A DNA stretch of 27,448 bases, taken from assembly GCF_006345805.1 (NCBI RefSeq), contig NW_021833372.1, forward strand, positions 1-27,448, given 5' to 3'. Of the stretch, positions 1-9,200 are shown in pieces. The DNA is from Octopus sinensis (Eukaryota). Every line of letters starts with the position of its first letter. Position 1 is the first letter of the stretch. The notes under the pieces were generated by a model. That model had not been told where the DNA came from. It did not search any database and worked only from the letters and a program-made list of their open reading frames with translations. Made by a program: the position numbers and the translations under genes.

Positions 1-26
1 AAGAAGAAGGAGGAGGGAGAAGAAGA

Positions 27-245
27 AGGTGTCTTGGGGAAATTTCAAATCTGGGTTCTCATTCCTAAGGTATTCTTCGATGTTATTATCATTCTTCTTC
101 TTCTTCTTCTTCTTCTTCTTCTTCTTCTCCCCCTCCTCCTCCTCCTTCTACTACTACTACTACTACTTCTTCTTCTTCTGCTTCTTCTTCTTCTTCTTCT
201 TCTTCTTCTTCTTCTTCTTCTTCTTCTTCTCTATACTACTACTTC

Positions 246-276
<31 letters not shown>

Positions 277-277
277 A

Positions 278-334
<57 letters not shown>

Positions 335-450
335 CATTATTATTATTATTATTATATTATTATTTTATTATTATTATATTATCATTATTATTATTATCAA
401 AAAATAGCTTAGGAATGAGAACCCAGGTTCGAAATTTCTCCAAGACACCT
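27..450. repeat. Inverted repeat (arms ~27-69 and ~408-450, weaker extension inward) enclosing a compound CTT/ATT microsatellite
   Basis: Reverse complement of 27-69 (cttaggaatgagaacccagatttgaaatttccccaagacacct) matches 408-450 (cttaggaatgagaacccaggttcgaaatttctccaagacacct) with 3 mismatches in 43 nt. Confidence 0.9.
84..397. repeat. Compound trinucleotide microsatellite (CTT)n/(CTA)n/(ATT)n
   Basis: Directly visible; explains the poly-L/F/I/Y ORFs 29..412 and 34..582. Confidence 0.97.
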
Positions 451-579
451 GATGAAGGCTGGAGGGTACAGCAGCCGAAACGTTGTGTTAACAACAAACA
501 AGATGACGACAAATATCCATCAAATGTAAATAATGTAAATGAGGTACATAATTCCTCATCTCTTAAATATAGAACTGTA
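392..579 (+). mobile_element. Short non-autonomous HHR-bearing repeat, probably a Penelope-like pLTR fragment
   Basis: Contains the minimal HHR at 444-489; its 5' part is duplicated in inverted orientation at 27-85. PLE assignment is inferred from HHR architecture. Confidence 0.55.
444..489 (+). ncRNA. Minimal type I hammerhead ribozyme motif (H1)
   Basis: Stem I GACAC (444-448)/GTGTT (485-489); core CTGATGA (449-455) plus an extra A; stem II GGCTG (457-461)/CAGCC (472-476); GAAA (477-480); loop-less palindromic stem III ACGT; cleavage triplet GUU (482-484). Confidence 0.8.
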
Positions 580-852
580 TAAGTTTGATGGATAGACATG
601 AAGGAAGCAGGGATTAAGAACACTTTCTCTGAATCAGTTCCAGATATCTGTAAGGAATGAGCAGAATGGTAAATAGTATTTCCATGAGACCGATAGAAGC
701 CCAGGACGAATTGAAGGACGAAAAGGAAGAAAAATATGAAAATGTACATGCGTGTGTGTGTGTATGTGCATGCGTGCGTGTGCGTGTGTGTATGCTTGGA
801 TATGATACTTCTAATTATTTCATAGGTATCTTATTATTTTTCGATCATTAAA

Positions 853-1033
853 GCAACGAGCTGGCAGAAACGTTAGAACGCCGGGCGAAATGCGTAGCCG
901 TATTTCGTCTGCTGTTACGTTCTGAGATCAAATTCCGCCGGGTCGACTTTGCTTTCATTCTTTCGGGGTCGATAAATTAAGTACCAGTTACTCACTGGGG
1001 TCGATGTAATCGGCTTAATCCGTTTGTCTGTCC
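853..1033 (+). mobile_element. tRNA-derived SINE (family A), 3'-truncated
   Basis: Head gagctggcagaaacgttag, B-box-like atcaaattcc, body gtcgactttgctttcattctttcggggtcgat; homologous to the minus-strand copies at 1051-1654. Confidence 0.85.
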
Positions 1034-1050
1034 CAGAAAGTTAAGACAAT

Positions 1051-1654
1051 CGAAATACCTATTTGTTTACAACCCACAAGGGGCTAAACACAGAGGAAAA
1101 ACAAGGAAAGACAAACGGATTAAGTCGATTATATCGACCCCAGTGCGTAACTGGTACTTATTCAATCGACCCCGAAAGGATGAAAGGCAAAGTCGACCTC
1201 GGCGGAATTTGAACTCAGAACGTAGTGACAGACGGAATACCTATTTCTTTACTACCCACAAGGTGCTAAACACAGAGAGGACAAACAAGGACAGACAAAC
1301 GGATTAAGTCGATTATATCGACCCCAGTGCATAACTGGTACTTATTTAATTGACCCTGAAAGGATGAAAGGCAAAGTCGACCCCGGCGGAATTTGAACTT
1401 AGAACGTAACAGCAGACGAAATACCTATTTCTTTATTACCCACAAGGAGCTAAACACAGAGAGGACAAACAAGGACAGACATAGGTATTAAGTCGATTAC
1501 ATCGACCCCAGTGCGTAACTGGTACTTAATTTATCGACCCCGAAAGGATGAAAGCAAAGTCGACCTCGGCGGAATTTGAACTCACAACGTAACGCAGACG
1601 AAATACCGCTAAGCATTTCGCCCGGCGTGCTAACGTTTCGGCCAGCTCGCCGCC
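1051..1654 (-). mobile_element. Tandem trimer of SINE family A (one head-bearing unit plus two head-less ~183-bp units)
   Basis: Units start at ~1051, 1233 and 1417 on the + strand, each with c(g)gaa(a)tacctattt...cccacaag; only the last carries the head (1599-1654). Confidence 0.9.
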
Positions 1655-1756
1655 TGTTTCTACTTCACGGATTTTCACCTATCGCGGGGGGTTTTGGAAC
1701 GTAATACCCGTGATAGTCGAGAGATTACAGTATATCATTTTTTTTTTTTCATCTTG

Positions 1757-1825
1757 TGCTTGCTTCAATCATTGGACAGCGATCATGCTAGAGCGTCACC
1801 TTGGGGTGTCGAAAACATGAACCCC
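1757..1825 (-). mobile_element. Degenerate SINE family B 3' fragment
   Basis: tgcttgcttcaatcattggacagcgatcatgctagagcgtcacc resembles tgcttgtttcagtcatttgactgcggccatgctggagcaccgcc at ~27349-27392. Confidence 0.55.
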
Positions 1826-1900
1826 AACACTTTTTTTCTTCTCTCCTTTTCAGTCTGAACTTATTTCATCGGTCTCCCATCTCCTTTGCTGAAAAGAAGA

Positions 1901-2120
1901 GGCGCAGGGCTTAGTTGTTAAGGTGTTGGACTCTTGATAATAAGATGTGGTTTCGATTCCTGGACCGGGCAACGTATTGTGTTTTTGAGCATAACACTTC
2001 ATTTCAAGTTGCTCAGTAAGCTCAGCTGGCGAAACTGAGTAATACTGTGACTGACCGGCGTCACGTCCACGTGGAGGAGTTTATATGCCATGGAAATTGG
2101 GAAACTAGCCCTTACGAGTC
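1901..2120 (+). mobile_element. tRNA-derived SINE (third family), possibly with a Nin/Deu-like central domain
   Basis: A-box-like tagttgttaagg and B-box-like gtttcgattcc in the head; downstream gactgaccggcgtcacgtccac...catggaaattgggaaactagcc resembles Nin/Deu SINE domains from memory (unverified). Confidence 0.6.
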
Positions 2121-2297
2121 GGTATTACTCGATAAGATAACTTTACCTTTGCCGAAAAGCTATAGAGAAGAATACAAACTAACACCAGTGCCAAGCGGTG
2201 GGAAGAGAACTACCACAAACACAAAAACACACTCACACACGCTCATACACATACACACATATATGTATGTATATATATATATGGGGGAGGGCTGGGT

Positions 2298-2488
2298 ACG
2301 TGTGTTTGTATTTGACAGCCGGTGCTTATTTTTGCTTATTTCTCTGTAAATTAGCGGTTCGGCAAAAGAAACAGATTGAATAAGTACAAGGGCTTAAAAG
2401 GGAACAAAAAAAATAAAATAAAATAAGTACTGGGGCCGATTTGTTCGACGAAACCATACAAGGTGGTGCCCCAGCATGTCCGCCGTCC
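2298..2488 (+). mobile_element. SINE family B 3' half, degenerate
   Basis: ttagcggttcggcaaaagaaacagattgaataagtac...ggggccgatttgttcgac...ggtggtgccccagcatg matches the 3' half of the full copy at 24211-24697. Confidence 0.8.
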
Positions 2489-3507
2489 ATATATATATTT
2501 GTGTGTATATATATATCTTTATATATATGTAAAACTGAGAATGTGTGTCTGTCTGTGTGTGTTTCCCTAAAACTTGAGAACTACACAACCAATTTCCTTC
2601 AAATTTTACACATGCCTTACTTAGGGTCCATGTAGTTTCATGGGCAAAAAAAATGTTCAACTTCTTGCCTGAGCGAGCCCATAGCAATATCATATCTTCT
2701 CCACTATTTCAGTATTACGTGTTAAAAGTGAAACAAAAACATTTCTGTATTTCATGTCAGATGCTTTCACTTTAACAATAAAAATAATAATAACAATTGA
2801 ATTATATGTAGTAAGTAATAATTAAAATCAAACTAAAGTATAATATAATCGTAACATAACAAAAGTAAAAATAGCAATTGGTATAAAATTGCATCAATGA
2901 CTTGAACTTGAATAAGTGGTTTCACATGAATGGGAATAAATTAAAAATAAAATTAGCGTGCAGAAATGGAATAGTCCAGATGGATAATAAAAAATTAAAT
3001 TAAAGAAAAGACTATTGTCTATAAAGTATACAATGTAGAGAAAAAAGATTTGAACACATGGAGGAAAGCACCTTCGAAAAGTGTCTTGGTGCGACTATGA
3101 AAGATATCTAATCAGAGGCGGTAAATTCGCCACAATAGAAGCAAGGTTCGAGTCAACGGATCGTGCAAGGGAGTACTCGACTCGAACTTGCAAAGTGGAA
3201 ATATTTCATTTTTACCTTTATATCTGGGACGTAGGACGTCCCGGAAAAAAATTTAAAATGCCCCCACCCCCAGGAGTAGAGGTAGGCTGGATTGTAGCCA
3301 CACTTCTATACAAGAGGGAAGACAAGATACAATTGATCGAAATTACGAGAGACGGGCTAACAATTCCAGTCTGTTATATATTTTGAGTATTGTTATCACT
3401 AGCGATATCAAGATATAACTTTGTATTTTGTATTTTATGTGTAGATGTATATATATATAAATGTACATGTAATATGTACATATATATATACACATATATA
3501 CATGCAC

Positions 3508-3541
<34 letters not shown>

Positions 3542-3792
3542 ATTATATATAACCGAAAATTAGGAAATGGAGTTGATAAAGTCCAGGCTACGTATGTTTC
3601 ATAGCCAGCGGACCCTCAGAAGTAGGAAATTATCCAAATAAGGGGAAGGTTGCAAGTGACCCTTCCCGCCAAGGAGACCCAGATTATATGAAGTTTACAT
3701 TATCGTTTGGAGAAACCGTGTGAACTCGTAAGGGATTCGATCGAATATATATATGTATACGTGTATATATGTATGTGTACGTGTATATATAT

Positions 3793-3794
<2 letters not shown>

Positions 3795-3858
<64 letters not shown>
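3795..3858. repeat. (AAT)n microsatellite
   Basis: Directly visible. Confidence 0.97.
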
Positions 3859-3859
<1 letters not shown>

Positions 3860-3944
3860 TGACAACAAAAGAATGAATGAGACCTCGATATTATGTAAAT
3901 AGAAGAATTTATCTATAAATATAATGTGTGACAATTAGTTGGGT

Positions 3945-4015
3945 GTCATAATAAAACTCAGAGTTTCGGACGCCGGGGCTGAAGTCTGCTCCGGCATCTC
4001 ACCAGTTATTAAGAC
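3945..4015 (-). ncRNA. Hammerhead motif with variant core CUGGUGA (H2a)
   Basis: Minus strand: stem I GTCTTAATAA/TTATTATGAC (9 of 10 pairs), core CTGGTGA (A6 to G), stem II GATGCCGG/CCGGCGTC plus an extra C, GAAA, stem III ACTC-T-GAGT, triplet GUU. Confidence 0.6.
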
Positions 4016-4016
4016 A

Positions 4017-4071
4017 AACTGATGAGATGCCGGAGCAGACTTCAGCCCCGGCGTCCGAAACTCTGAGTTTT
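4017..4071 (+). ncRNA. Hammerhead motif with canonical core but truncated stem I (H2b)
   Basis: CTGATGA (4019-4025), stem II 4026-4033/4048-4055, GAAA (4057-4060), stem III 4060-4068; only 2 bp of stem I can form in cis. Confidence 0.5.
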
Positions 4072-4096
4072 ATTATGACAACCAACTAATTGTCAC

Positions 4097-4135
<39 letters not shown>

Positions 4136-4136
4136 A

Positions 4137-4179
<43 letters not shown>

Positions 4180-4364
4180 TATATTAAATTAGAGATAAAA
4201 CCACTATTAGGCAAATCAAACAATGAAAAACTTAAGCCAATACATAAAATTAATTAATTATATTATTTTATATATATATCAAAATTATTAAAAATTTAAT
4301 AAAAGATAATGAGTAAAACACTACGATCGTTTTCCCTGTAAGTTTGGATTTATCCCTAATATTT

Positions 4365-4401
<37 letters not shown>

Positions 4402-4531
4402 TATTGTATTATATTATCTTCTTATCTTATATTATATTATATTATATTATATTATATTATATTATATTATATTATATATACAATTGCAGTGTGGAAGGAT
4501 CTTATATGTCATTTTCAAAACACAAAAATAC

Positions 4532-4716
4532 CGTTAGATTCACTTCAACATATAAATTTAATTTGTGTCAAAATATTTTCGTCGCTTTGAAATCGCGACC
4601 TGTTCACTGACAAAACTTATTGCAGCAAGAAATTTTGTCAGAGAACAGATCGCGGTTCCAAAGCTACGAAAATATTTTGACACAAATTAAATTTAAATTT
4701 TGAAGGGAATTTAACG
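4532..4716. repeat. Imperfect palindrome / MITE-like hairpin element
   Basis: 4554-4618 and 4630-4694 are reverse complements (~6 mismatches in 65 nt), with a weaker extension to 4532/4716; 11-nt spacer. Confidence 0.85.
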
Positions 4717-4852
4717 CTATTTGTGTAGGCGGGTGGGTGGGTTCTTTTTCCTTATTTTTAATGGCTTCCACGCTGCAACTGTTTTTGTTTCAGCACACGA
4801 TTTGAGATCAAGCCACTTGCTATGCAAGTACATCTCCGTAATACATACATAC

Positions 4853-4854
<2 letters not shown>

Positions 4855-4897
<43 letters not shown>

Positions 4898-5035
4898 TAT
4901 ATAAAAACTATGAAAACTGTGAGCATTTTCTTTCTTTTGTTATATATTTTTACATATATATGTAAATATCTATATGTATAAATATATATGTGCGTGTGTG
5001 TGTGTGCGTGTGTGTGTGCGTGTGTGTGTGTGCGC

Positions 5036-5067
<32 letters not shown>

Positions 5068-5080
5068 GTGTGTGTGTGTA
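4855..5080. repeat. (TA)n/(GT)n microsatellite cluster
   Basis: Directly visible; explains the CVCV/THTH ORFs. Confidence 0.9.
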
Positions 5081-5267
5081 ATGCTATATATGTCAAGAAC
5101 AATACTACTTGTAAAAAGCTAAGGTGTTTTTATATCATACAAAGTAATGCGATCCAAGCAGTAATCTGTGTATTTCTAACTAAGAATGAGATTAAACCAT
5201 CACATTAGGTCTAAGCGGGTTTCACTTTTTGATCACTATTAGCATCATGATGTTAATTGATAAGATG

Positions 5268-5400
5268 AAGCTGCTGCTACTGCTGCTGCTGTTACTACTG
5301 CTACTACTGTTGCACCTGTTGGCAGTGGTGGTGTTGCTGTTGCTGTTGCTGTTGTTGTTGCCCTTGTTGCTATTGGTGACGATGCTAATGATAATGGTGG

Positions 5401-5431
<31 letters not shown>

Positions 5432-5822
5432 GGTGGTGGTGGTGGTGATGATGGTAGTGGTGGTGATGGTGGTGGTGATGGTGGTGGTAGTGGTGCTGGT
5501 GGTAGTGCCGGTAGTGGTGGTGGTGATGATGGTGGTAGCGGTAGCGATGATGATTGTGATTATGATGGTGGTTGTAGTGGTGTAGGAACCACCAGGTGGT
5601 GGTGGTGGTGGTGGTGGTGGTGGTAGTGGTGGTAATGCTGATCGTGATGATAGTGGCGGCAGTAGTGCAAGTGGTGGTGGTGGTCGTTGTGACTGTGGTG
5701 TTTGTTGTGGTTGTGGCTGTGGTGGTGGTGCTGATGTTAGTGGTGGTGTTGGTGGAGTTGGTAGTAGTGGCTGTAGTGGCGGTGGTAGTAGTGGTGGTGG
5801 TGGTGGTGGTGGTGGTGGTGCT
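5268..5822. repeat. Degenerate (GCT)n/(GGT)n trinucleotide low-complexity tract
   Basis: Directly visible; explains the poly-V/T/P/H ORFs. Confidence 0.9.
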
Positions 5823-5971
5823 GATGGACCAGAAGGCACCGGTCACTTCAGGCGAGGTTTGTATTCCTTTAATTAAGAGGTGTAATTTACCCTCGCTGGA
5901 ACGACGACGGCTAATTAGTCATCCTTAACAGAATGGCTGATGACTTACGCGAAGACTTGTGCACCGTCAAC

Positions 5972-5996
5972 CTCTCTCTCTATCTATCTCTTTCTC

Positions 5997-6042
<46 letters not shown>
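5972..6042. repeat. (CT)n microsatellite
   Basis: Directly visible. Confidence 0.95.
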
Positions 6043-6076
6043 GGCCACGACCATCTCTCGTCCATGACCATATTCA

Positions 6077-6233
6077 CTGTGTTTGTCCCCCCACCCCACC
6101 GCTTGACAACTGGTGTTGGTGTGTTTACGTCCTCGTAACTTAACGGTTCGGCATAAGAGACAGACACAGTAAGTACCAGGCTTTAAAAAACATGCGTCCT
6201 GGGATCGGTTTGTTCGACTAAAAACCCTTCAAA
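6077..6233 (+). mobile_element. 5' remnant of the SINE family B 3' half that hosts the satellite
   Basis: ctgtgtttgtcccc...ttgacaactggtgttggtgtgtttacgtcctcgtaacttaacggttcggcataagagac matches ~24507-24580 of the intact SINE. Confidence 0.85.
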
Positions 6234-9200
6234 CCAAAAGATCCCGATAGAATAAGTGCTAGGCTTACAAAGAATACGTCCTGGGGTCGATTTGTTCGAC
6301 TAAAAACCCTTCAAAGCAAAAGATCCCGATAGAATAAGTGCTAGGCTTACAAAGAATACGTCCTGGGGTCGATTTGTTCGACTAAAAACCCCTTCAAAGC
6401 ATAAGATCCCGATAGAATAAGTGCTAGGCTTACAAAGAATACGTCCTGGGGTCGATTTGTTCGACTAAAAAAACCCTTCAAAGCAAAAGATCCCGATAGA
6501 ATAAGTGCTAGGCTTACAAGAATACGTCCTGGGGTCGATTTGTTCGACTAAAACCCTTCAAAGCAAAAGATCCGATAGAATAAGTGCTAGCTTACAAAGA
6601 ATACGTCCTGGGGTCGATTTGTTCGACTAAAAACCCTTCAAAGCAAAAATCCCGATAGAATAAGTGCTAGGCTTACAAAGAATACGTCCTGGGGTCGATT
6701 TTTTCGACTAAAAACCCTTCAAAGCAAAAGATCTCGATAGAATAATGCTAGGCTTACAGAATACGTCCTGGGGTCGATTTGTTCGACTAAAAACCCTTCA
6801 AAGCAAAAGATCCCGATAGAATAGAAGTGCTAGGCTTACAAAGAATACGTCCTGGGGTCGATTTGTTCGACTAAAAACCCTTCAAAAGCAAAAGATCCCG
6901 ATAGAATAAGTGCTAGGCTTACAAAGAATACGTCCTGGGGTCGATTTGTTCGACTAAAAACCCTTCAAAGCAAAGATCCCGATAGAATAAGTGCTAGGCT
7001 TACAAAGAATACGTCCTGGGGTCGATTTGTTCGACTAAAAACCCTTCAAAGCAAAAGATCCCGATAGAATAAGTGCTAGGCTTACAAAGAAAACGTCCTG
7101 GGGTCGATTTGTTCGACTAAAAAACCTTCAAAGCATAAGATCCCGATAGAATAAGTGCTAGGCTTCAAAGAATCCGTCCTGGGGTCGATTTGTTCGACTA
7201 AAAACCCTCAAAGCAAAAGATCCCGATAGAATAAGTGCTAGGCTTACAAAGAATACGTCCTGGGTCGATTTGTTCGACTAAAAACCCTTCAAAGCAAAAG
7301 ATCCCGATAGAATAAGTGCTAGGCTTACAAGAATACGTCCTGGGGTCGATTTGTTCGACTAAAAACCCTTCAAAGCAAAAGATCCCGATAGAATAAGTGC
7401 TAGGCTTACAAAGAATACGTCCTGGGTCGATTTGTTCGACTAAAAACCCTTCAAAGCAAAAGATCCGATAGAATAAGTGCTAGGCTTACAAAGAATACGT
7501 CCTGGGGTCGATTTGTTCGACTAAAAACCCTTCAAAGCAAAAGATCCCGATAGAATAAGTGCTAGGCTTACAAAGAATACGTCCTGGGGTCGATTTGTTC
7601 GACTAAAAACCCTTCAAAGCAAAAGATCCCGATAGAATAAGTGCTAGGCTTACAAAGAATACGTCCTGGGGTCGATTTGTTCGACTAAAAACCCTTCAAA
7701 GCAAAAGATCCCGATAGAATAAGTGCTAGGCTTACAAAGAATACGTCCTGGGGTCGATTTGTTCGACTAAAAACCCTTCAAAGCAAAGATCCCGATAGAT
7801 AAAGTGCTAGGCTTACAAAGAATACGTCCTGGGGTCGATTTGTTCGACTAAAAACCCTTCAAAGCAAAAGATCCCGATAGAATAAGTGCTAGGCTTACAA
7901 AGAATACGTCCTGGGTCGATTTGTTCGACTAAAACCCTTCAAAGCAAAGATCCCGATAGATAAGTGCTAGGCTTACAAAGAATACGTCCTGGGGTCGATT
8001 TGTTCGACTAAACCCTTCAAAGCAAAAGATCCCGATAGAATAAGTGCTAGGCTTACAAAGAATACGTCCTGGGGTCGATTTGTTCGACTAAAAACCCTTC
8101 AAAGCAAAGATCCCGATAGAATAAGTGCTAGGCTTTACAAAGAATACGTCCTGGGGTCGATTTTTGTTCGACTAAAACCCTTCAAAGCAAAAGATCCCGA
8201 TAGAATAAGTGCTAGGCTTACAAGAATACGTCCTGGGGGTCGATTTGTTCGACTAAAAAAACCTTCAAAGCAAAAGATCCCGATAGAATAAGTGCTAGGC
8301 TTACAAAGAATACGTCCTGGGTCGATTTGTTCGACTAAAAAAACCTTCAAAGCAAAAGATCCCGATAGAATAAGTGCTAGGCTTACAAAGAATACGTCCT
8401 GGGGTCGATTTGTTCGACTAAAAAACCCTTCAAAGCAAAGATCAAGATACGATAGAATAAGTAGGTACTTGCTAGCTTACAAGAATACGTCCTGGGTCGA
8501 TTTGTTCGACTAAAAACCCTTCAAAGCATAAGATCCCGATAGAATAAGTGCTATAAAGTGCTAAAAAGCTTACAAGAATACGTCCTGGGGTCGATTTGTT
8601 CGACTAAAAACCCTTCAAAGCAAAAGATCCCGATAGAATAAGTGCTAGGCTTACAAAGAATACGTCCTGGGGTCGATTTGTTCGACTAAAAACCCTTCAA
8701 AGCAAAAGATCCCGATAGAATAAGTGCTAGGCTTACAAAGAATACGTCCTGGGGTCGATTTGTTCGACTAAAAACCCTTCAAAGCAAAAGATCCCGATAG
8801 AATAGAGTGCTAGGCTTACAAAGACTACGTCCTGGGTCGATTTGTTCGACTAAAAACCCTTCAAAGCAAAGATCCCGATAGAATAAGTGCTAGGCTTACA
8901 AAGAATACGTCCTGGGGTCGATTTGTTCGACTAAAAACCCTTCAAAAAAAGATCCCGATAGAATAAGTGCTAGGCTTACAAAGAATACGTCCTGGGGTCG
9001 ATTTGTTCGACTAAAAACCCTTCAAAGCAAAAGATCCCGATAGAATAAGTGCTAGGCTTACAAGAATACGTCCTGGGGTCGATTTGTTCGACTAAAAACC
9101 CTTCAAAGCAAAGATCCCGATAGAATAAGTGCTAGGCTTACAAAGAATACGTCCTGGGGTCGATTTGTTCGACTAAAAACCCTTCAAAGCAAAAGATCCC

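Larger units (their letters stand above)
3919..4105. repeat. Near-perfect palindrome, ~89-bp arms, 9-nt spacer ATTAAGACA (4008-4016)
   Basis: Arms 3919-4007 and 4017-4105 are reverse complements with 3 mismatches. Confidence 0.95.

Noticed and set aside
1901-1985. Functional tRNA gene
   Set aside because: A/B-box-like motifs are present but no complete cloverleaf; it continues into SINE body sequence.
3081-3420. LTR fragment or small gene, including a 9-bp stem (3146-3154/3179-3187)
   Set aside because: No partner LTR, PBS, PPT or domain motif; the peptide is not recognisable. Left unannotated.
3577-3640. Degenerate minus-strand HHR (ctgaggg...gaaacatacgta)
   Set aside because: Core mismatch at A9 and no convincing stem I or II; at most a decayed remnant.
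5222-5846. Proline-, threonine- or histidine-rich protein (mucin/formin-like)
   Set aside because: All frames are open simply because of the GGT/GCT triplet tract; no unique coding context.
5937-5960. CTGATGA motif as an HHR core
   Set aside because: Followed by GAAG rather than GAAA, with no stems.
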